Shown here piece by piece: positions 37,120 through 50,000 of a stretch of DNA of 64,000 nt (positions within the stretch are counted from its first letter, which is position 1; each line of letters opens with the position of its first letter). The position numbers and the translations under genes were made by a program. The notes below the pieces were generated by a model. The model did no database searches. It saw nothing but the letters and a program-made list of their open reading frames with translations, and was not told the origin of the DNA. Origin of the DNA: Balanoglossus misakiensis (taxonomy: Eukaryota > Animalia > Hemichordata); the NCBI GenBank assembly GCA_040954595.2, contig CM082588.2, positions 5,210,156 through 5,274,155 of the forward strand, in the 5' to 3' direction.

Positions 37120-37409
37120 CTACAGGAACATAAACAACATTTGAAAATCTGTGAGATTTACGTCCCCATTCTGTGGCAAGAACTGGTTTATGTCAGGTAT
37201 ACCCCCATGCTACTAACAACAGGTGAGCACACCATATACCCTAGGTCTTTCCTTGTAATCACTCATGACCGAAAACATGTTGTTCTGGTACAGTATTGTT
37301 GACATTATGCACGCCTGCATCCGGGCATTTCTGGTGTATAACAACACGTACTGCATAATCTAACAGCGAACGACAAAGTAATTCAACCAAATGTCAATGA
37401 CCTCCTTAC

Positions 37410-37960
37410 CTATAAGCGGAATCTCCTTGGAGGTTCTGGGCATCATCTCGGCCACCAAGAGAAGAAAGACAGTCAGGGAGAGAATCAGGGTGACGCTGAG
37501 TGACGCCTTCACCACGCCAACGTTGTACGGCATGAAGAACCCCAGGAACGACAACGCACACAGCAGCACACACGGGATGATCAGGTTGTAGATGTAATAC
37601 AGGGGCTTTCGCCTGATGCATACATAGAAGGTGATATCCGGGTACTTTTCTGGGCAGCACTCGTAGAAAGTGATGTGGCGGCGTGCCTTGGCCGACTCCA
37701 GATCCCACTGCTCGTTGCGGATGAAGTATTGTAGGTCGGGCGTGGCCCTAACCTGGATCATGTTCACCTGGAGACTGTCGTAAGCCCAGGAGCCGAACTT
37801 CATTTTGCACATCTGGACATCGAAGGGGAAGTATTTCACGTACACTTGGCACGTGCTCTTCAGTATTGTAGGCTTGGACTTGTAGAAGACGCCGCCCGTC
37901 GAATTCACCACGCAGTTTGCTGCCGACTCGTTTTCTTTGGCGTAGTCGACTGTATCTGCG
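37410..37960 (-). CDS. CHRNA9/10-like: Gene C exon 5a (CQVYVKYFPFDVQMC, WAYD, YECCPEKY, M1-M2)
   Basis: ccctacag| acceptor, IPLIG|gtaagg donor, 551 nt. Confidence 0.95.
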
Positions 37961-40900
37961 CTGTAGGGGAGTAAATAGACAACAATTAAACGTATTGCTA
38001 TTGCGTGTTTGACGTTTCCAGAAAACGAGGCAAAGTACATCTAATATAATAATACAGGAATACACGAGGATAAGGAAGTTATTGGAGTTTTTGAATGACT
38101 GAATGGTTAGCATTTTGAAGTTGGCTTACGAAGGACACAATTCGAGGGCGATTTTCTCTCTCTATCTCTAACCAGAACAGAGGAAATGTACATGTATCTA
38201 ATTCTCAGTATGAGTGTTCTCATCTTAATTTGTTCGATATTTAGTCGGATGACAAATAAAGGCGCGCAGCTTGACTCGAGATTGTGCGAAGCATGCATCC
38301 ATTTTACAGCAAAGTAAAAGTGCTTGCAGGGTGGAGGAAAAAACTTAAAGAAAGTGAATGCTTTCCAGAGAAATGACATACGGCCAACATGGCGTGTCCA
38401 AGTCTTCGAATCACCATCTGGTGGCGCAATTTTCTCGCGAGTGTCATCCACTGAAAATCTTCAATTTTCCATGGAAATATTGGTTAAATTTACATAGGTG
38501 AACGTGTACATCTATGACGTGAATACAACAGTTGTTTACCCAGGGGTGTATGGGGTCTCGTGCCATAAGGTCAAATGGCCACCGTCGTGTACTAAAGATT
38601 CCCAGGGGCCTGTGGTAGATTTATCTACAGTCGTTCAGGGAGACCATATTTCGATGACTGAAAATCGTTCAAACATCATTGTAGTTTCACACGTCTCCAT
38701 AAAATGAACGATGGCTGTTTGCCATGGTATTGTACATAGAAATATCAATATGGACCGGTTATTGACTTTCATTTTTATGTATACACGTAGATTGTTCACA
38801 AAGTTGTTATTGGCCCTTTCCATCTGCATGTAGATGTAAATACTTTATTTTTAGTGTTAGTGACGTCATAGACCACGTCGATTTTATTACGACGGTGAAT
38901 ATATTTTGTCAGATTCAAACGTAATGTATTTTGTGACCGACTGTGATTAAATTTTTTTCTACGTGTGTGCTATGCCGTGCGATCGCACCCAGCAATGATA
39001 AACGATACACCATTTGAAAAATCATGTTCTTAAAAACGGAGAATGTTGCAGTTCGTGGAAGCAGCACGGATGAAGGGAAATTCAAAATGGTGCTTGCTTG
39101 GAATAATCACGCTTGCGCAGTCAGGTTTTTGCTATGCTGTGTGCAGAAAATGGCGCGTGTGATTCGTGATTATTGAAGGGAATTACACATGTATGTGGGA
39201 CTGAGGTGAAAATATAGAGGCATTTACGAGTGTAAGCTGTGATGAAGCTGAACATCAACATGCGTGGTCGACAGGAAAAGAGCTCAAAGCATGCACAATT
39301 GAGGTTAGCTTTTATAAAAAAACGAGATTGTAATCGGAAAGACTAGGCACTGATAAAAAACACCAGCTGTTATCAAAATGCAATTATGGAGAGGAACGGT
39401 GAAATAAAGAGGGGTTAAAATTACATATTGAATTTATCCCTTACCTATTTCAGTGCCGAGAGGATGAAAATACGTCTTTTGGGAAATTAGAGAAAAAAAT
39501 CTCGACGTTTTCATTATTAGTTGCTAAGTCTTTTGCGTGGCATACACAACGATGTATAGTGGTTAGTATTCGCTGAGATTTTGAAATTAAAAATAAAACG
39601 CCAACAAATCCGTGATTTACGGAAAATACGCTTATCTGACCACTTGAGCATTGTGGAGATTAGGAAAAGGGGATTAAAAGAAGTAAGAGAGAGGTTAACC
39701 ATCCATGCAGCTGTCCTGGCTATATTACAGGGGGAGATTGCGTGACTTGTCGGGGTGAAGTTTTCATGATCAAAGCTAATACATGCAAATGGCGAAGTAA
39801 ATGGGTGATGGAGAAAAATGGAAGATTGCTAGAGAGCTGACGTCATCCTGTTTAGAGAAACCGTGGCATAATGACGAAATGAACGCAACGTAAAACAGCG
39901 CATACTCCAGTGCGAGTGATAGAAAAAAAAGTCATCCGTGACCTTTTACACAAATCAGATACAATCCTATGTCTCCGTGGTACTGGAAAAATACTTTTTA
40001 ATCAAAACGTACAATGTTATGTCATTACTGCGTGTATTGTAGCTGCAGATTGAATCAGTGCGATAACATTGTACAGACAGATGAGTGATAAAGATAAAAT
40101 CTTCCTCTACTATATGTGCTTTTTTTTCTGGATGTAGAGATAACACATTCCTGTATTGTATGTTTTACTGACTCTTTTTCATACCGACTGATCCAAAAAT
40201 AGAGCATATTAGATTTTCTACAAAATTCGCAATTAAAAGCATGTGGACAATCTTTTATGTACATCTTATATAGGCTTATTTCATTTTAGTTTTTTAATGT
40301 TGCTAGCTATCTCTGAAATACAGTGTATTGTGACTCAACAATAATAATAATAATTACATTTCCAAGTTAGTTATATATAAATATATAAATATAATTGTGA
40401 CAACTTACAAGACAAAATACAACTATGTACAAAGGGATATAACATGTTGATATTGTATTTGGCATATGGTGTGGTGACATTGTTATTTTCATGTGTGTTT
40501 CTTTCAGGTGCTTTGGCGCATTGAGGCTGATTGAAAATCACATTGACAAATCCGACTTCATTCCATGTCAACATGTACGGAAATGAACCAAGGACTTTTG
40601 TAAATCCATCCAATTTCACACACCACCAGAATCCGTAAGTTGTCAGCGTTGATAATTTTTCCTCGGTTCTCTGGTCATTTGTTCGACATTCTCCATAGTT
40701 ACAAGATCGAATGTCATTTTCCGCGGCACAGGTATACACTCTACCGAGACATAGACTGATCATTGTGCCTTCTTTCATCCATTTTCAGGTTAAAATGTTA
40801 ATGAGGTTCAAGTGTTGGATTTTCAAATTTGCCATACTTTTATGAAGACTAGAAAAACCAACGGAAAGCTAAGGTAGGCACAGTTTGAAACACTCACGCA

Positions 40901-41278
40901 CAACATACCAACAATTACTCAAATCTTGAACTCCGCGCGGTCGCTTCGACCTTTTAAAACCAACAAACCGTCATCTTTGTCGACAAAATCGCCGACGAAC
41001 CGGGGAAGTTGTGACTTATTCATGAGCATCTGCGGTTTCGATCAGAGATTCTATAAGTGCAGTCTGTCATTCTGGTAATGACACCACTTTGAGGTTACCC
41101 TTATATCAAGGGTCAAAGGTCGCACTTCTTGGGATAGACTGAAAGGTTTCTGCACGTGGTGTGACAGACAGTTGCTACCACGGGGAAACACACAGGGCAA
41201 GATGTGTGGATTTTTCCCCGGATGAGAAAAATGGCGGCGGGGAAACGCATTGAGACAAAACTCGTGAATATGACTTAC

Positions 41279-41388
41279 TTGTTGTATAGGGTGATATCTG
41301 GCATCCATAAATCAGACGATGGAATTCGGATCTGGTCTATGCCGTCGTATTCCAGTGGGTTCCATCGCATCATCTCGTCTATCCACGT
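41279..41388 (-). CDS. CHRNA9/10-like: Gene C exon 4 (TWIDEMMRWNP...LWMPDITLYN)
   Basis: actccag| ... |gtaagt, 110 nt. Confidence 0.94.
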
Positions 41389-41685
41389 CTGGAGTAAAGA
41401 AACCAACTCTGTCATGTCTATCTAGATGTGGAAAGGCGCCATCTTTTGACGCGATTTTTGCATTCGACTTCGAATAACTAAATCAAGCGAGGTGCTCAGA
41501 CCCATCGACACGAATGCACCGATCATTCAATATCAAATTTTGCCTATAGAGGCACATCTAGAAACAGAAACACAATCACTGAAATGTACGTCTCAGCGTA
41601 CATGCTTTCCAAGGAAGTGTCTCCTCTGTTTTTGTGCCGATGGTGTGTGATGTTTACTGCCTGAGTTAATTTTATGTATACGTAC

Positions 41686-41730
41686 CTCTGTTGTCCAAAT
41701 ATTCGTTTTAAGTACCTGGTTTCGCTCATC
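41686..41730 (-). CDS. CHRNA9/10-like: Gene C exon 3 (DERNQVLKTNIWTTE)
   Basis: attttag| ... |gtacgt, 45 nt, peptide identical to gene B exon 3. Confidence 0.93.
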
Positions 41731-43880
41731 CTAAAATACAAAATAAAACACAGATCCATATTAGTATTTATTTAATAATGAAAATCAGTCTAATTAGTTG
41801 GCGTGTTAACTTCCTCACACACTAAAGGAAGAAAATTTACATAACGAATCCTCTGGGACTAATAGTGGCGATGTAACGCCTGGAGCATATACACATTTAA
41901 TGTGCAGTTAACAATCCTGGCCAACTCTTTTAACCCGTCAACACTGACGGTGACATGTATTAATTGCGTTTGTGCTTGGAGTGAACCCGTTTTTTTTTTA
42001 ATGTTAATAAACAACAAGGATGCTGTTTCTGGTGAAGATGTTTGTGGCATGGGCGATCCTGAAAGAACATTCTAGGAATATTTACATCGCTCCTTCCACT
42101 AAACACAATCTCATCTGACATCAGAATATTGGAATGGGATCGTTTATTGATAACATTGTGCAACGTGAGAGCCATGTGACACACAGACGACCTTTAGGGA
42201 TGCATCAAAAGCAACAGACGTCCAAAAGAGCCTTGAAGGTCAAATAACTATGATGAATAGAACGAACTGTTTTTTCCTGTGTGTGACCAACATATTCGAT
42301 AAACTTCAGACTTTTGTAATCTTTACGATGAACGATGATTTCTGTACGCGTCATAGCTATCGTGACGTTCTGTGCTTGCTATATACCTACGTTATATGTA
42401 AACTTTATAACGGGTCCAGCAAACAGCTTCAACGTGACAGCATTGACAGTGTAACATTTGGCGGCGAGTTCCTTATCTAATATCACGCTTCGAGGCACAC
42501 ATTAAACGCACTTGTCATTTCTCATTCGCTCCCCGTATTTGAGTGAACAACGACGCGAAAACAGAAATAATCCAGTCCAATTGAATTCGTATTGCTAGGG
42601 AATTTCCGCGCCAAGGGCTTTGAAGTACATCGCAACGTTAGATTTAAAATAGACAAAGGCACGACCAGCCCCTCGCAATGGTGTTTTCATTAGACAAGTG
42701 ATTTCCCGAATGAGTTTCGCAATAACACTCAAAAGACCGGGTGCTTTAATATCAACTGTGTGAGATGATTGCCTTTTAGTAGAACGGACAGACCCCAACT
42801 TCACTGTAATGTTGAATTCAGGCTCGTAAATTAGCAGAGATGTACATTATAGACAGATGTTAGCGAGTGCTGTTGATTAATCTTTCTGTTCTGATAAAGC
42901 TCAAGCGAGAAAGACTCGCAAACTCTAGCAGGTTACACAATCAAAAAAATCGACCATACTTGCAGTTTTCACATTAACAAAAACTCGACTTACAAAATGC
43001 GACAGCCATATTACACATATTCACAGATTTGAAGAAAATACAGTCAGTCATATTTATGCGCGCGCACCAATGCAGTACAGCATCATACACTGCAACGCTA
43101 AGCTGACTGTTGGTCTTCTGTGCTTTCTTCATTGTTGTTGTTAAGATAGAGGTATATTATTCGATCCACGCACATTATATTTATTTCCCTTGCGCTGAGA
43201 TAACCGAGTTGTTTCCTATATCACATACTTTATGCTAAACCCCAAAGTACAGGTTGGATAATGGTTGGAGATTTTTCTTAATCACCACAACAACGGCGCA
43301 TCTACGAGCCTGACCCGCTTTCCTGGAAACCGTTCATGAATTATTCAGTCTGCTAACGTTGATTACCTATTAACGAAATCCACGGCGAGACGATTTGAGG
43401 ACATATAGAATCGACTGCAGTGTTAACGGGTTGTTTAATGACATCATTCACGTGCCTCTCCGTGTTTACGTCAATGCGTCATGCGATGGCACTGGCCTAA
43501 TCGATCAGAAACGTCGCGGCGTGCAGGAATTATTGCCGGAAATAACGAGAAACAAAAAATGTCATTAAAATCCCATTCCGGCAGACCACGTCTTGGCCAA
43601 GACCCTCGAAGACTCGTTAAAGACCACCTGCCTCTGTCTTGCCTGCGATCTTTGTTCTTTTGATCTTTGTTCTTTGCTGGCGACTAAACTGCATTGCCGA
43701 TTTGCATATACAAATCAAGTCGCATTCGACAGTATACTGGAAACTGCATAGAAGGAGAATTGCATTATGACGATCTTGCAAATTTCGTTTTGAGATCATA
43801 TACTTATTTTGGCGTGTCATACTTCATCCCCCCCCCCCCTCCATATAGCTAAAGGGTGTTAAGACTTTATTTCTGCTTAC

Positions 43881-44017
43881 CATGTCGGCAATCTGATTCA
43901 GGGCCATGTCAAAGGTCACCCAGATGGGACTGGAGAAATTCTTGACCGGGCGCACTTTCCTGTTGTAGTATCTGAAGAGGTCATTGAAGAGCTTCTGTTC
44001 GCTTCCAATGGCAGTGA
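43881..44017 (-). CDS. CHRNA9/10-like: Gene C exon 2 (TAIGSEQKLFNDLFRYYNRKVRPV...QIADM)
   Basis: tctttcag| ... |gtaagc, 137 nt. Confidence 0.93.
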
Positions 44018-47000
44018 CTGAAAGAAATAATCACAAAAGATAATCTATTATACATATGCATTCTCTTCGTGAATTTCAGGTACAGAAGGGATTCAATGCT
44101 TTGGACAAGAACGACGGCTTCAGCTGACAGATGCAGGATCGATTTTTGCCTCACCCCTTTTTCGTCAGCGCTGGCTCGTGTTAAGAAAGTGCAATAAAAC
44201 GTGGAGCGACAAAGAAAGAAACAGCAAATGGATCACGTCGAAATCGAGAAGGTGGGTACAATTAGCATACTGTCACATCTAAAGAAAAGGTCATGGTTTT
44301 CTGTACAGCAAGAAAAGGTGCACTGGTTTTTCGAAAAGAGTGAGTGTCCCTACCCCAAATCATTTGCATACGCGCGTGTTAAACCTGGACAGTCATGCGC
44401 GTTTCCTTCGTTGTATCGTCGATGATAATCGACTTACGGGACTATGATTGCTTCCCTAAAGGGTCTTACTGCACCTAAATCCACAGCTAGGTATAAAAAT
44501 CGGTCATCTTGTCCTGGATAGTACTTTTGACAGGACTAATGTGACACGTAAATCTTTCATTACTTGTCGTGCAGCTAAATCTGGACAACATTAAGCGTGT
44601 TTATTATTCGTCGTGCAAATGGACTCGGTCATGCAGTAACAGCTAATGCTTGCCTGAATTCAATATTCAAGTGAAGCTATAGAAATAAACCTTCTTTCTT
44701 TTGCGTCAAACCGTTCAAATTGTCTGAGCTCCGAGGAACGCACCTGCTCTGGTGACATGGTTGGAATAACGGCGCAGTATAAAAACTGCTGTTCCAAGCA
44801 TCTCGGTCTAATCCCCGGCCTTATCCCGCGCATACTTAAATTATTCATCCCGCCGAGACGGAACTGTAGGCCTAAATCCCTTCCTACCGGCCCTAGCCAT
44901 GTTTAAGATGGAAACTGCATGTGAAACGTTCTACGGCGCAAAATAAACTGAACATTAGCAAGCCTGCTTCGGTGAATTTATGTTCGGGACAAGACGCCAA
45001 ACATATGATTTCGGAGCACCTGTGTGTACATACGTCGATTTATGATGTGATTTTATCGTTAAAATATGTGGTTTTGCTTTGTCTGTGAACCGGTGTAGGG
45101 CAATAAGTGCAGAACACGTTGTATTAAACTTATATTGATATTCGCACCGGAGCCCAGCGCAAACTTTCCGGAAGGTGGGAAAACGGTCACCTTATTATTT
45201 CAATTTTGACCCCATGTGAACTTTGGTATTGGCTGGGAGGGGGTGACATTGAGCGATGTCCAGTGAAGCGCTTGTGATGGAGACCTGCGTAACCCAACGC
45301 TGGCATCCATCAATTAATTATGACGTCATTTATCGTCTTTCTAACATTCTACTAGTGCCGGTAGTACCTTATCGCGTCCATTTCCTCTCTTGCTGAAAGC
45401 TGTTTTGAAACATTTGCCTTCTTCTCACTCACTTTACCTTCGTCAATTTACCCTCGAGTGTATCATGCTATAGATGCTGTGATTGTGTAAGATTCAAATG
45501 GAGGAGTTGAATCACTTGGTGAATTTTTATTCCTCGGAATGAAGCTTTACTTGGACCATTCAAGTTCTTCCTGCATCGGATTCAAATGTACGACGCATTC
45601 AAATAAGGTCTCGGCAAAACCACCACACGACCCACTGTGTGCATACGTCACTTGAAATGCTAATGAATTTTCCAAAATACTAAATTTCTTGTCTCACTGG
45701 TGCGTTCTATCAAGATCAAGCCGTTTCAAATGAGGATTTATTGCGGTATTTCTGCCTTGTATCTTCAACATGACTTCCAAGATAAAATTAAGTGCCCCTG
45801 TCTGGTTGTTTCGCGGCGTACGTTTTTCAGTCGAAATCAGATCGAGTATAAATACATGACATGAACGGCACTGGCATTTTGCAGTCAGCGCACAATCTGA
45901 GTAATTTCTCGCCGGGACCGCAAGACTGACTGATACCGCGTCGCAGCTGCCAAAGATCAGATATGCCACAGGGCATGCGTTAACAAGTAGTTCCGTTTTG
46001 CCCCGGAGGACGGCTCCCACGTTTATCTTTGACGTAGATCAAATCCGTTGACATTGAAACGTGGCGTCACATTAAAGGGGGCGACTCTTCACGCGCTAAT
46101 GGAACGGGATTTTTTGGTTTGGTCTTCTGGTAATTACACGTGGCACTCGCAGAAGCATTAACCTGAGACTCAGGTCATTTGGCAAAATACACGGCGGAAG
46201 ATATGGAATGTATTTCACCGGCGAAATAAGCCTTAAGTGGATTCTATGCCACCACTTAACTCCGCCAAAGTGCCGATATTGATAATCTGTGACGTCTGTA
46301 CATGGTAAAATATTACTTGGAAAGATACTTTGCGTGTTTAGTAACACTATAATTTACTTCTGAGTTTTTCAAGGGATACGGAGATGACACCGAACATTAA
46401 GCTAGAGTCAATATTGACCACAACCTGGCGACTTCACTAAGCTTTCCAACATATTGCTTTGGAAAGCTGCGCTAAGGTTAGGCAGCTTGCGTCGCACTGT
46501 GCGAATTGATGTTGAAATTAGGTCGACAGGCGAGTTGACAGTCGTTATGGGTAATGGAGGGAGGAATGTTAACTGGCAGTTGGCTTTTTCTTGTGGTCTC
46601 CAAATGAACGGTGTTGGTTCTGTCCATCCTATCTTATGTTTCCATTATACGAGGAATATTATCAGCACGTCCATATATCCTTCCACGACACACGCAGTAT
46701 AGACCAGACTAACATACTACTTATCATGAGGTCACCAACGTTGATTGTTTCCCCTTTGGATAACGGGGAAATTGTTCCGTTGAGTGATAGAAATAACGAC
46801 TTGGTCTGGGCCGTTAATGTTCACATCTCCGGGAGTGCCAAATTAATGGGCTTGGCTTCTGTTTTGGCCGATGGAAGTGTTTATTGTGGACTGAAGGACA
46901 CCATATAAAATTTGCTGTCTGCTACTCGAAATAAAGCAACTGGCCTCGTGAAATCGAAATTCGCACAATTTTGAAAGAGATATTTGTTTTCTTACCCCTA

Positions 47001-50000
47001 TCTAAATTCAATGTTTTTGTTTAAGTAGTGACATGTGGTAGCTACCTACACAACCGACGTTTACTTTGCAAGCCTTTTAACAAGGTACCGTGTGAAGTTC
47101 AAACAAACGCGTTGTTTTCTTATAACTCGAGGTCAAAAAGTAGGACCTCAAGTGAGAGCCATGCTACTGGTCTTACGCGCAATATGTTCGCCTGGGGCAA
47201 AGTAGACTCTCTCACAGCCCACGGCTCGCTACAACAAGGCTCTTTATGAACAACCGCGTCTACAAATACAATTGTTCATATTATTGCGAATTTCTAATGA
47301 TCGTCCTCAGCATCATATGGCGTCCTTCATCCATAGATATCCACAACCAAAGTGCTTAGTGTAAAGTGAAAGCACAGTCGCTAACGTCATCACAGAGTAT
47401 AGGAGTCAAGTGTACAAATACACGCATTCACGTGACGCAGAAATCGACCCATTGTGTGAATATCCATTAAGTCTTATAAAATTTCAAGGAGAGAGTGAAT
47501 GTAATTGTCCAAACGACAAGTTCATCTATATTTCTGAACAATGCCGCGCGTAAGTGCCTCTTAACACCCCATTCCAGCTGCCGGTTGGTTTAGTAAGCTC
47601 TTAAGTTTTAATTTACCCCACCGTAAAATAGAAACCGGAATCTTTTCCAAACATAAAGACATATAATGACCACATACTGTTAATTCGTAAAAGTTATTAT
47701 TTGGCATATAAATCTGAACCCATGGAAAATAATATCATTTCTGCGAAAGGAAACATAGCGAATCAGATTTAATAGTGCTTGTATTAAAATAAACGTAGTA
47801 AAAACTCATTGGGGTCCCTCTAGCCGCCGTCCATAGTGATGACATTTAAAAGTATGAAAGCATAAATATTACTATATTTTTATATTCACATGAATTATGA
47901 ATAAAATAGTTGGGATAAATATCGGTGTCACTGAAGTATCGCCCATGAGTATTAATTGTGGCTTGGTTAACAGCCTTTATTCTGTTTTACGATTAGCTTT
48001 TCATGTACTGATTTACTCCAAACTAATGGTAATTGAAATATAAGCATAACTTAATTAGCGGAGCCATTACACGCAAACTCGGCGGAGTATTAAAGCGTGC
48101 ATTAGGAAATAATTCATGGCAATTACGCTTGTTGTAGCACTATGGTAGAGAGATAAAACCTAAGGTGCGTGTGGGAGAAAATTCCAGACGTGGCTAACCA
48201 TTAAAGCCCCATTAGCTGCAAGTCTTCGCCTCTTGCTGACCTCACGATTATTTCCCAGAAGTTTCAGAAGTTCTCTGAATTCTAGTCATTAAATGGTATT
48301 ATAGCTGTAACTGTGTTAGAGTAATAACGGATGGATAGGCAATCCGAGCCTTTTGATATTTACAACCGAATGGAAAATTCCTACTACCAACTGTATAGGT
48401 TAATGAGTATGAATCTCATTAGTAAGTCCAAAAAATCTGATTCTTGAACAAAACTTGGAAGGATAAAAGTTTCCAAACTTTCGACCACTGTTGAGGTTTA
48501 CATTAGAGGAGACTCGAGCCGCATTTAAAGCACGGTGATGTGGAATTTGGGTTTCATATTCTTGCAGTCCTTCACACGACTTGAAAAACCCCGATCGTTG
48601 ACTCTTTTGAAGTCTCCTAACAATTCAACCGTTTTACGGAAACTACATTCATCTTCGATTTTCATCCCGGCGGCGATATTTTGATCGAAGCCCGAGTCGA
48701 GTTGTATACAGAGTTTAACTGCGGTTTGGTTTTGATCGATTTGTTGGCAAAGGATCGTTTGGCGAAGTCTGAAAAACATCTTGTGAATGCCAACCGATTG
48801 ATCATATGGGGGTAAACGGCAACTGGTAATTACATTCCATGGTTGCGTGTTCTTTTATGTGTTGATGTATACTCACTTTAGTCCAACAGAGAATGAGAGC
48901 AACGCCTTCGGTGATTGCCTGTGTGGATCCCACACAAACGTTGGAGGAAATTGCACGGGATCACGCAGAGTGCTGTTTTTTCTCCACTGTCTATCTCAGA
49001 ACACTCGTCTTAATAATTACATTTAAGGCTCGCTGGGGCGGCCATTATGGGGCATTATCCCTCTAATAGTGCCTTCCTCGTCATCTCTTGTTGCCAGGTC
49101 TCTAGAGTGGCGGTTCGCGGATTGCAGTTTTTATTTGATTTTCGAACCTCACGCGGGGCGCTCGAAAGAAAATTTCTAACGTGCCAACGGTGGTCGAAAT
49201 AGACCATTAACCTTGTTTGTATCACCATACGGGGTACGACAGGGCAGTGTGAGGAATGGCTATAACAGTGAACGGTGGGGATGTGACGTGCAGTGCAATG
49301 AGATTATAACAGACAGTGAGAAGTATAACTAATTTTATTCAGTGTACAATATATACCATATGGACTGCATGTACCAGTAAAAATGACAGTTATTCTAATC
49401 AAAAAGAACAGGTCGTCCTGTACATCAACATCAGCACATATAGTCATTTCGCGAGAGAACTTGCACGGATCATAACCCGCCTGTTTTAACAGTGCAGTGG
49501 TGTGTATATACTGTGCATAAGGCAGTACGTGCCTTGAGCAAAATGTGAGAGAGAAAATAAGACATTGATTTTTAAGGCGCGTTTTACCTTAATATTGAGT
49601 GACAGTGTACAGCACCGGACGACCATATTTGGAATGAATGCGTAATGTTATTTTAAGGAGGCAGTGCAGAACCCCCCTTTAATTAAGGGGTGGACCCCCT
49701 GGTAGAAGATCGTTTCCCAAGGCACTATGAATAGAAACCCTGCGATCAAATCTAACGCACAGTTGTAAAAATAAGTTCTGATTGACAAGCGATTGTTCGG
49801 GAGAAAGCTATTTGCTCATTCTGATGCCGTTGCGCCGGGAGTGTAAAAACTAATATTTGATTCGTCACATTTCCTTGGAAAAATCAACATTCCAAGTGTA
49901 ATTTCAGTGATAGTCTCTGGCAATATTGACATGTTGTGTGTAGCATAGTAAAACAGGTAGGGTCGTTAATGAGATGGAAAAATCGATGAAAAAACCTGAT

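Noticed and set aside
49608-49625. REST/NRSE-like site (cagcacc ggac)
   Set aside because: Half-site spacing and the right half do not match the consensus.
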